Source: Macrostomum hystrix
Lineage: Eukaryota; Animalia; Platyhelminthes
DNA: 64,000 nt
Direction: 5' to 3'
NCBI GenBank assembly: GCA_950097015.1
Contig: CATNEN010000005.1
Coordinates: 3,720,001-3,784,000 of the forward strand
Under the pieces are notes generated by a model. It was given only the letters and a program-made list of their open reading frames with translations. It did no database searches and was not told the origin of the DNA. How positions within the stretch are numbered: position 1 is the first letter of the stretch; the number at the start of each line of letters is the position of its first letter. This document shows positions 47,732 to 58,114 of this stretch, in pieces. Position numbers and translations under genes: made by a program.

Positions 47732-48409
47732 CTTTTCTGAAAAAAGGAATATCTTTCTCCTAAGCATCGAACTCAAACTCATAGCAGTCCTATTTACTCA
47801 GCTTTCAGTATCCAGCGAGGTCTCAAATCGGGTTGGATCGCCCGGAGAGGAAAAGAAGAAGATGGCTCCCCCCTCTCAATTCCTTCCCCCTATTCGCTTT
47901 GCTTTTCCCAAATTTTTTTCTGTCCTATTTAGCAGTAGGGCAAGCAATCAGTTCAGGGCGTGGCTTAACTGCTGCTACTATCTGCCATAGGCCAGTGAGG
48001 ACTGAATATACACACTATACGAGATAGAGCATCTGCTGGAGATGATAAAGTAGTCATATGCATACATACTAGTATATTTTATCGTCATCTGTCTGTATAG
48101 AGTCAGCTATTCGATTCGAATTAATGGCTAAAGGACTTTGTCTAGCATTCGGGTCAGATGGGTTTGATGTTCTCAATTTTGATTTACATGATGGCAGATT
48201 CCTGTTTCGTATTTTAAAATCCGCCGATTTTCGTTTAGCCACGCTAGTGGATTTAATTAGGAATAATAATGCTAGAATTTTTAATTGGCAATTGAGAGAG
48301 GTTCAGTAAATTTTTATTCAAATATTCACATTTTTGCCGTCACGAGTGGATTCATGTGACTCCCTGTGTCATCAATATCATAGATTTTTTTCTTTTAGAT
48401 TTATTTTAG

Positions 48410-49520
48410 ATAGATTGAGATGATTGAGACACAGGGTGAGATGATTGAGACTCAGGGTGAGATGATTGAGACTCAGGGTGAGATGATTGAGACTCAGGGT
48501 AAGATGATTGAGACTCAGGGTGAGATGATTGAGACTCAGGGTGAGATGATTGAGACTCAGGGTGAGATGATTGAGACTCAGGGTGAGATGATTGAGACTC
48601 AGGGTGGGATGATTGAGACTCAGGGTGAGGTGACACAGATTCAGAGTAAGATGAGAGAGATTTAGAACGAGCTGGGAGAGATTCAGAGTGAGATGGGAGA
48701 GATTCAGAGTGAGATGAGAGAGATTCAGGGCAAGGTGAGAGATTCAGAGTGAGAGGAGAGAGATTCAGATTGAGATGGGAGAGATTCAGAGTGAGATGGG
48801 AGAGATTCAGATTGAGATGGGAGAGATTCAGAGTGAGATGGGAGAGATTCAGATTGAGATGGGAGAGATTCAGATTGAGGTGGAAGAGATTCAGAGTGAG
48901 ATGGGAGAGATTCAGATTGAGATGGGAGAGATTCAGAGTGAGATGGGAGAGATTCAGAGTGAGATGGGAGAGATTCAGAGTGAGATGAGAGAGATTCAGG
49001 GCAAGGTGAGAGATTCAGAGTGAGAGGAGAGAGATTCAGATTGAGATGGGAGAGATTCAGAGTAAGATGAGAGAGATTCAGAGTGAGATGGGAGAGATTC
49101 AGATTGAGATGGGAGAGATTTAGAATGAGATGAGAGAGATTCAGAGTAAGATGAGAGAGATTCAGAGTGAGATGAGAGAGATTCAGGTGAGATGAGAGAG
49201 ATTCAGGGTGAGATGAGAAAGATTCAGAGTGGGATGGGAGAGATTCAGGTGAGATGAGAGAGATTCAGGGTGAGATTAGAAAGATTCAGATTGAGATGGG
49301 AGAGATTCAGATTGAGATGGGAGAGATTTAGAATGAGATGAGAGAGATTTAGAATGAGATGAGAGAGATTCAGAGTGAGATGAGAGAGATTTAGAATGAG
49401 ATGAGAGAGATTCAGATTGAGATGGGAGAGATTTAGAATGAGATGAGAGAGATTCAGATTGAGATGGGAGAGATTTAGAATGAGATGAGAGAGATTCAGA
49501 GTGGGATGGATGAGTTTCAG
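48410..49520. repeat. Two adjacent 21-bp minisatellites (GAGATGATTGAGACTCAGGGT; GAGATTCAGAGTGAGATGGGA)
   Basis: Direct reading; the switch occurs at ~48640-48660. Confidence 0.93.
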
Positions 49521-50032
49521 GATGAGATGATAATATATTTTCCATGTTCGTGTAGCGCAGTGTTTCGTACTATAATAAAGAATGGAGCTGTGTATCATTG
49601 AGTAAAACGTGCCAAATTAGTAAAAATCTTTTCCCAGAAAGGAAGTAGGGAAAAAATAAGAAGAAAAAGGCTGGGCATGACAAATTGAAATCCCTAGTAC
49701 AATGCGGTACAGGGATTTAGATGGGAAATCTGAGACAGTAGGTTTGTGATGCGGGTAATTTGAGAATTAATAATACAGGAGTCCTGTCTGTAGAGTCGAC
49801 TGCAGCCTCTTGCAGTCTTCAATTGAGCTTCCGAGGTTCCGAGTATCCGGATTGAGAAAGATTTCCCGCTTTCTAAGAAATTTCTAAGAAAAGGAAACTA
49901 CTTTCTAGAGCACCACACACAATGAGCCGGCATCCGATTGTTAAGAGGCGAGATTCGCAGGCCCATATAATCCATTGGTTTTTATTTTCATAGTCTGAGC
50001 ACAAAGCAACACTTTTTGCGCCGAGTAATGAG

Positions 50033-50228
50033 TAATGGACTCACGAGTTGAAGGTCAGGGGTGCGATTCCCAATTTCTACCGGAGCAATTTTTCCCCCTT
50101 CAGCAAAACACTTAATATCTGCATTGCTTCAGTTCACCGAACTGTTAAATGGGTGGCGTCCGACCAGTCCATGGACTGAACAGCAATATCTGCGGCTGTG
50201 CTGTCGGCTGCACATCTGGCCTTATTTA
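50033..50228 (+). mobile_element. CORE-type SINE (family B), internally deleted
   Basis: GGACTCACGAGTTGAAGGTCAGGGGTGCGATTCCC...CACTTAATATCTGCATTGCTTCAGTTCACCGAACTGTTAAATGGG...CAGTCCATGGACTGAAC...GCGGCTGTGCTGTCGGCTGCACATCTGGCC; matches the 52625 copy in inverted orientation. Confidence 0.8.
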
Positions 50229-50849
50229 GGCACCAATAATTTATCATTTCCATCGCGCCGGGATTGGAACCATTGACGTCCGTCAAAGCTAACGTGCTTC
50301 AAAGCTAATGATCTCTAGATTCCCGCCTTATATTCTCGCACCTATCAATCACTCAGCTATCTTAGCCCTACAAAAGATACAGTACAGATTCCTTTGAAGT
50401 GCCAGCAAACCTATGGCATATAATAAATTTTCCTATACAATCTTTGATAGCGACACTCACGGCTCGCGCAAATGAAAGGATCTTTAGACGAGTAATAGAA
50501 AGTACTTTTATTATTAATATGAAGTCTCTTTGTAGCTAAGGAACTCTTTTTCAGAATTCGCCAAAAATTCATCAATAGCTGTTGAAGCGTGCCATTCAGG
50601 TGACAGGACGGGATAAAAATGGCCGCTTTTAATCGGCTGAGATTCAGAATAAATCCCACAAAAAGTGTCTGGTCGGTTCTTTTCATATCCTCACACATAC
50701 ATAATCAAACTAAAAGGCAAGGAAGAGACTGAATAATTTCAGAAAGTTTTTCACTTGGCCACGACTTTCGGCGCCAACACCAAACAATTTCTCATTCGCT
50801 CGATTTAGCATAGTGCACGCCTGTTTATCTCACACTCACACACTGCCTA

Positions 50850-52300
50850 TCAATCTCACTCTCTCACACTTTCTGTCTATCAATCTAACTCTCGCCCTCT
50901 CTGTCTATCAATCTAACTCTCGCCCTCTCTGTCTATCAATCTAACTCTCGCCCTCTCTGTCTATCAATCTTACTCTCGCCCTCTCTGTCTATCAATCTCA
51001 CTCTCGCCCTCTCTGTCTATCAATCTTACTCTCGCCCTCTGTGTATCAATCTCACTCTCGCCCTCTCTGTCTATCAATCTCACACACTCTGTCTATCAAT
51101 CTCATTCTCGCCCTCTCTGTCTATCAATCTCACTCTCGCCCTCTCTGTCTATCAATCTCACTCTCTCGGTCTATCAATCTCACTCTCTCGCACTCTGTCT
51201 ATCAATCTCACTCTCTCACAGTCTCTGTCTATCAATCTCACTCTGTGTCCATCAATCTCACTCTCTCAAGTCTCTGTCTATCAATCTCACTCTCTCACAG
51301 TCTCTGTCTATCAATTTCACTCTCTCATAGTCTCTGTCTATCAATCTCACTCTCTCACAGTCTCTGTCTATCAATCTCTCTCTCACACTCTCTGTCTATC
51401 AATCTCTCTCTCACACTCTCTGTCTCTCAATCTCACTTTCTCACACTCTCTGTCAATCAATCTCACTCTCTGTCTATCAATCTTACTCTCTCACACTCTG
51501 TCTATCAATCTCACTCTGTGTCCATCAATCTCACTCTCTCACAGTCTCTGTCTATCAATCTCACTCTCTCAAGTCTCTGTCTATCAATCTCACTCTCTCA
51601 CAGTCTCTGTCTATCAATCTCACTCTCTCACACTCTCTGTCTATCAATCTTACTCTCACACACTCTGTCAATCAATCTCACTCTCTCGCACTCTCTGTCA
51701 ATCAATCTCACTCTCTCACAGTCTCTGTCTAATCAATCTCACTCTGTGTCCATCAATCTCACTCTCTCACAGTCTCTGTCTATCAATCTCACTCCGTGTC
51801 AATCAATCTCACTCTCTCGCACTCTCTGTCAATCAATCTCACTCTCTCACAGTCTCTGTCTAATCAATCTCACTCTGTGTCCATCAATCTCACTCTCTCA
51901 CAGTCTGTCTAATCAATCTCACTCTGTGTCCATCAATCTCACTCTCTCACAGTCTGTCTAATCAATCTCACTCTGTGTCCATCAATCTCACTCTCTCACA
52001 GTCTCTGTCTAATCAATCTCACTCTCTCACACTCTCTGTCAATCAATCTCACTCTGTCGCCCTCTGTCTATCAATCTCACTCTCGCCCTCTCTGTCTATC
52101 AATCTCACAGTCTCTGTCTATCAATCTCACTCCGTGTCAATCAATCTCACTCTCTCGCAGTCTCTGTCAATCAATCTCACACTCGCACTCTCTGTCTATC
52201 AATCTCACTCTCTCACAGTCTCTGTCTATCAATCTCCTCTGTGTCTATCAATCTCACTCTCTCACACTCCCTGTCTATCAATCTCACAAAAATTTGTTTA
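50850..52300. repeat. Variable 20-26-bp repeat CTCTGTCTATCAATCTCACTCT
   Basis: Direct reading. Confidence 0.92.
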
Positions 52301-52624
52301 TCAATCTCACCCAATCTGTATTAGAATTCACTCAAAGTAAAAAGTAACAAAAACAAGCCTTGACAAAAAACTGATTTGTCAATTATTCATAATCACGTTG
52401 GCATTTGACATTGAAACTTGACACAGGACAAAATGCATTTTCAATTGAGACTTTTACTAGTATATTTTTGTTTGATTTATTAAAACAAAACTGTCGGTTT
52501 TGTACCCAATTCTAACGCAAAGACACACTGTTAATAGAAATTAGCATATTACAATTGTAAATGTCCACTAAATGCAGAAAATTGCAAACTATTTAATACT
52601 TAATATTTTTATTTTTAATAATAG

Positions 52625-52915
52625 CTGATTACACCTGCCCCGATTGGGCCAGATGTGCAGCCGACAGCACAGCCGCTGCTATTGCGCGGCGCATCTGAAG
52701 GCTGCGTACAGTCAGTTCAGTCCATGGACTGGGGGGACGCCACACCCACCCTCAATTACCCCAGCTGACCCTGGTACCCATTTAACAGCTGGGTGAACTG
52801 AAGCAATGCACAGTTAAGTATGTTGCTTAAGGACACAAATTGTTCCGTTCGAAATTGGGAATCGAACCTCTGACCTTCAAGGAGTGAGTCCCACGCTCTA
52901 ACCACTAGAGCAGGC
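52625..52915 (-). mobile_element. CORE-type SINE (family B), near full length, in the presumptive SHQ1 3'UTR
   Basis: Reverse complement has A box CTAGTGGTTAGAG and B box GGTTCGATTCC, then TTGTGTCCTTAAGCAACATACTTAACTGTGCATTGCTTCAGTTCACCCAGCTGTTAAATGGG, which aligns by eye to the MIR/CORE consensus (TGTG.CCTTGGGCAAG.CACTTAAC...CTCAGTTT.CTCATCTGTAAAATGGG). Confidence 0.8.
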
Positions 52916-53023
52916 TTGATCAATTTCATAGCACGATTAATCGATTTCATAATCCGATGAAATTCTTTAACATGATAGATCAGTTATCAGGTGATAATTT
53001 AGATTAAAACATGAATCAATCGA

Positions 53024-56000
53024 TCAAGCGTTGTTGTCGTCCCTCGCATCCGCCTCGGCAGCCTCTTCCCAGCTGGTCAGATCCAGTCCAACTTCGGCCT
53101 TCTGAAATTCGGCAGCTCCGTTGAGCACAGAATCGGCCAGGGAGTTGAGCAGGTCACTAGGGCAGGCCTGTAGCCAGCGACACATGTCAGTCACGGTCAG
53201 GTAGTTAATTGGAGCAAATCCGTCCGCCCCAGCTAATAAACGCTCGATTCTTAATAGACAATCTGAAGCTAATTGTTTGTTGCTAAGGACGCTAGCCGTA
53301 TCCATGGCAACCAGGTGGCAGAGTTTCCAGCTGCGCATCAGACTGTAGGCTAGGAGCCGGCGGTAGCAGGACCGAAGCAGCTGAGGCAAGGATGTCAGCG
53401 GACACTGGCACGACAGACAAGCGGCCTGGGTTAGGATTGATCGGGCCGACTCTGGCGTCTGAAATCACAGGTGGAACACAGGGGAGATGCCATTATTTTA
53501 CAGTGACGAAAATCCTGGATGGCCTATAAAATGACACTTGATCACTAATATAGATCACGATGATCAGAATAATCATCGAAGATAAGAATGGTCAAAGACA
53601 GGGAATCGAAATTAGGATGAGGATGGTCATAAGGATGAGAATGGTCATGAGGATGAGGATGGTCATGAGGATGAGAATGGTCATAAGGATGAGAATGGTC
53701 ATGAGGATGAGAATGGTCATGAGGATGAGAATGGTCATAAGGATGGGAATGGTCATGAGGATGAGAATGGTCATGAGGATGAAAATGGTCATAAGGATGA
53801 GAATGGTCATAAGGATGAGAATGGTCATGAGGATGAAAATGGTCATAAGGATGAGAACGGTCATGAGGATGAGGATGGTCATAAGGATGAGAATGGTCAT
53901 GAGGATGAGAATGGTCATGAGGATGAGGATGGTCATGAGGATGAGGATGGTCATGAGGATGAGGATCGTCATGAGGATGAGGATGGTCATGAGGATGAGG
54001 ATGGTCATGAGGATGAGGATGGTTATGAGGATGAGAATGGTCATGAGGATGAAAATGGTCGTGAGGATGAGAATGGTCATGAGGATGAGAACAAACCTGT
54101 TCGCCCTCGCAAACTCGCCAGTCCAGGCAGAAGGCGAACAGCAGATCGGCCAGGGACATGAGGCAGACTCGCAGTTCCCAGCCACTCTCCGGGGGCAGCA
54201 ATGGCTTCCTGGGCAGTTGCATCAGTCGCAACCGACGTTCTTCGGGATCCAGCGGCGGCGGCAGGTTGTCCTTGTCGTTCAAAATACTGACGAGCAGTTC
54301 CGACGGGTCGTATAGGTCAGCCAAATAATATTCCGCATCGAAATGAGCCTCTTCAAGGGCCTCCTTGGCTGCGAGACGATCCGAGTGACTCAACTGAGCC
54401 AGGTCCGGGAGCAGATGGTCTAGACCTGGGGCGAATGGGAGAGTTCAGGTGAGTCAGGGAGAGTTCAGGTGAGTCAGGGAGAGTTCCAGTGAGTCAAGGA
54501 GAGTTCCAGTGAGTCAGGGAGAGTTCCAGTGAGTCAGGGAGAGTTCCAGTGAGTCAGGGAGAGTTCAGGTGACTCAGGGAGAGTTCAGGTGAGTCAGGGA
54601 GAGTTCCAGTGAGTCAGGGAGAGTTCCAGTGAGTCAGGGAGAGTTCAGGTGAGTCAGGGAGAGTTCAGGTGAGTCAGGGAGAGTTCCAGTGAGTCAAGGA
54701 GAGTTCCAGTGAGTCAGGGAGAGTTCTAGTGAGTCAGGGAGAGTTCCAGTGAGTCAGGGAGAGTTCCAGTGAGTCAGGGAGAGTTCCAGTGAGTCAGGGA
54801 GAGTTCCAGTGAGTCAGGGAGAGTTTCAGTGAGTCAGGGAGAGTTCAGGTGAGTCAGGGAGAGTTCAGGTGACTCAGGGAGAGTTCAGGTGAGTCAGGGA
54901 GAGTTCTAGTGAGTCAGGGAGAGTTCCAGTGAGTCAGGGAGAGTTTCAGTGAGTCAGGGAGAGTTCAGGTGAGTCAGGGAGAGTTCAGGTGACTCAGGGA
55001 GAGTTCAGGTGAGTCAGGGAGAGTTCCAGTGAGTCAGGGAGAGTTCCAGTGAGTCAGGGAGAGTTCAGGTGAGTCAGGGAGAGTTCAGGTGACTCAGGGA
55101 GAGTTCAGGTGAGTCAGGGAGAGTTCCAGTGAGTCAGGGAGAGTTCCAGTGAGTCAGGGAGAGTTCAGGTGACTCAGGGAGAGTTCAGGTGAGTCAGGGA
55201 GAGTTCCAGTGAGTCAGGGAGAGTTCCAGTGAGTCAGGGAGAGTTCCAGTGAGTCAGGGAGAGTTCGGGTGAGTCACGTCTGCTTACCTCGAAGCATGGC
55301 AGCTGATTGCTCATCTCGACACCTAAAAGCGAAACCGATGCCACCGCCTTTGATGAAGCCTGCATTTTGGATAGCAAAATTTAAGTTTTGGTTATAATTA
55401 ATCAATAATGCGAAGTAAATTGGGAACTCATAATCATAAAAGCTGGAGCTACGAATCGAGAAATCTAAAACCACGAAATCTTTGAATAACCCGAATCTAG
55501 AACCACGAAATCTTTGAATAACCCGAATCTAGAACCACGAAATCTTTGAATAACCCGAATCTAGAACCACGAAATCTTTGAATAAACTGAATATAGGGTG
55601 TCGGTGGCAGAGCGGTTAACGCGTTTGCCTCTCGCACCAAGGTCCCTAAGTTCGATTCCGCGGCGAGGCCACATTCATTTGAGGCGCAGCCGCAGAGAGA
55701 AGGCTTGGGGGGCTTGTCGTGCAATTTACGCCCTTGAGGGCCAACAGCCAAGGCACAATGAGAGTGTACACTGCCTGACGATGAGAAAGTCAGGGCAGAT
55801 GTACACACCTGTGTGAGTGTGTGCCTGCGTACGGTATCTGTGTGCGTGTGTGCTCAGGAGTCAGCGAAATGGGCAGAATTGCCTCCTCGCTGGCTGCGGG
55901 TCTAGTGTCACTAAATGATGTTCCACTGCCCGCAGCCCTCCTGCAATTATTATTATTTTTATTAACCAGAATCAAAAACTACGAATTTATAAATCTGAAA

Positions 56001-56542
56001 TTTCAAAAATTACATCAGAAAAGCATCGAATTGTTGGACACCAAATGAGACTAACCAGCTGCAGTATGCAAGTCGTGCGTCTCAGAGTTGCCTTCAATGC
56101 TGGGCTCAACAAACCAATCGAGATCAGCCTGGGCCGCTGCCAGGCACTCCGACGGTGGCTCATCGCCAGCAAGAAGTTCTTCTACTAGAAGACGCCTATC
56201 CGACTGAGCAGCCTCGCCAACAGGAACAGTCAGCAATCGATTGAGCATATCCAAGTCTGGAAATTCTCTGCCGTAGTCAGTTTTTTTTATTTTCAAAGTT
56301 AAAATGCCGCCAGCGTCCACGTTGAACTCGGAAGCCGACAGGGCATTGCTAGACGAAGCGTCGTCGGAGTCAACGCACGATCCGGTCAGGTGTAGACGGA
56401 GAAAGTACGGCTCGCAGGTGAACAGCAGGGTGTCGTCGTGAACGCTAGCTTCGAGTTGATCTAGACGACAGACGCCGGTTAGCCAGATGTCGACAATCAC
56501 ATGACCGGAGTCCTGGCTGACACTGAATCTCGGTGTCAGCAT
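53024..56542 (-). CDS. SHQ1: H/ACA ribonucleoprotein assembly factor SHQ1 (exons 56542-56056, 55359-55288, 54425-54097, 53458-53024; ~440 aa)
   Basis: MLTPRFSVSQD...PYFLRLHL (CS domain), F...L.ML..LL, FDAEYYLAD, L.DLLFAFC.D.RV.EGE|TPESA, RRLLAYSLMRSWKL match the SHQ1 family; splice phases are consistent (1,1,0). Confidence 0.92.
53598..54090. repeat. 18-bp minisatellite GAGGATGAGAATGGTCAT in SHQ1 intron 3
   Basis: About 27 units starting 6 nt inside the donor. Confidence 0.95.
54438..55276. repeat. 20-bp minisatellite GAGTCAGGGAGAGTT(CAGG/CCAG)T occupying nearly all of SHQ1 intron 2
   Basis: About 42 units within an 862-nt intron. Confidence 0.96.
55596..55960 (+). mobile_element. SINE family A, apparently full length (tRNA-like head, unique body, (ATT)n tail)
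   Basis: A box GGTGGCAGAGCGG, B box GTTCGATTCC, ends CTCCTGCAATTATTATTATT; five other copies in the window. Confidence 0.85.
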
Positions 56543-56600
56543 CCAGTAGGCTGCAGATGTTGGTTTAAAATAAAAGTTACCGATCTAGAATCCGCGCCCC

Positions 56601-56893
56601 ATTTCGCACCAAGGTCCCTGAGCTCGATTCCGCGGCGAGGCCACATTCATTTGGGGCGCAGCCGCGGAGAGAAGGCTTGGGGGCTTGTCGTGCAATTCAC
56701 ACCCTTGAGGGCCAACCTGTAAGGCACAGTGAGAGTGTACACTGTCTGACGATGAGAAAGTCAGGGCAGATGTACACACCTGTGTGCGTGTGTGCTTAGG
56801 AGTCAGCGAAATGGGCAGAATTGCATTATCGCTGGATCTAGTGCCACCAATTTATGTGCCATTGCCCGCAGCCCTCCTGCAATTATTATTAAT
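56601..56893 (+). mobile_element. SINE family A, 5'-truncated, immediately upstream of SHQ1
   Basis: Colinear with 55635-55960 and has the same AATTATTATT tail. Confidence 0.85.
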
Positions 56894-57544
56894 ATTAGGG
56901 ACAACTCTTCAAGCCACACTGGGAGTAAACTGGCTTGAAATCATCAAGAGGTCGGGAGTTCGAATCTCAAATCTTAAAGAGGTTAATTTTTTTGGTCTTA
57001 AGAAAGACAATTACAAAGACGAAATTGTAATCTGTACGAAACAGCCGCTTAAAATAAGAAGTATCTTAAATATAACTTTCTTGACTACAATTATTTTCGT
57101 CACACTACTCATCAAAAGTAGTACCAACATTACAAAACAACAGATTTTTATTTCACCAATTATGCTCTTATAATTTTGCTAACTCGTTAACAGTTAAATC
57201 AGTAATGCTACTTTAAATAGTATAAATTACAACATAGGCACGACAGTTTTTTAGAAATATAAGGAATGGCACACGAAACCTTTGAAATAACAACAAGTAA
57301 AATCAACCAGGAAAGCTTGGATCAGTATAGCAACATAATATGCTATTTTATATAAGTGGATAATAAACTTGAAAATATTTCTGCACAGCTAGTAATCCAA
57401 ATAATGTCAGCCAGTTAAATAAGTTTGTAATAGTGGATTAACCTTTGACGAAAAAACTATGTACTAAGGACATAGTTAAAAAAGAAATAATTCATATTAA
57501 GAAGGAATGGTCATTAGAAATGACTAAGTATAATACTCGAGCAT

Positions 57545-58100
57545 ACATGATCATAATAGAGTCCATGATCACTGATCATAAGTGGCCACGATCAATGCTC
57601 ATACAAGACTATGACCAATAGTCACACAAGGCCATGATCAATAGTCATACAAGGCCATGATCAATAGTCATACAAGGCCATGATCAATAGTCATACAAGG
57701 CCACGACCAGTAGTCATGCAAGGCCATGACTAACAGTCCTACAAGGCCATGATCAATGGTCATAGTGGGCATGGTCAATAGTCATACAAGGCCATGATCA
57801 ATGGTCATAGTGGGCATGGTCAATAGTCATACAAGGCCACGACCAATGGTCATTCACAGCCATGATTAATAGTCATACAAGGCCATGACTAACAGTCCGA
57901 CAAGGCCATGATCAATGATCATAGGGGTCATCATCAATGGTCATAGGGGTCATGATCAATGGTCATAGGGGACATGATCAAAAGTCATACAAGGCCATGA
58001 TCATAGACATTTTTGTCTTTGATCAAGATCATACGAAACAAAGACAAATGCTCATGACCACAATATATTCATAGAGGTCATCAATGATCAAAACTCTACA
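57545..58100. repeat. Degenerate 23-bp repeat CAAGGCCATGATCAATAGTCATA directly after the VPS53 stop
   Basis: About 20 imperfect units. Confidence 0.85.
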
Positions 58101-58114
58101 TGACTAGGCCAAAC

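Noticed and set aside
47147-47782. TM exon belonging to the EGF gene (MEGF10/11-like receptor)
   Set aside because: It lies 5' of the MEGF6 signal-peptide exon (40247) and has its own stop codon.
53560-54315. MRMVMR and ILMTIL repeat ORFs
   Set aside because: Alternative frames of the 18-bp intronic repeat; only the His frame is contiguous with an exon.
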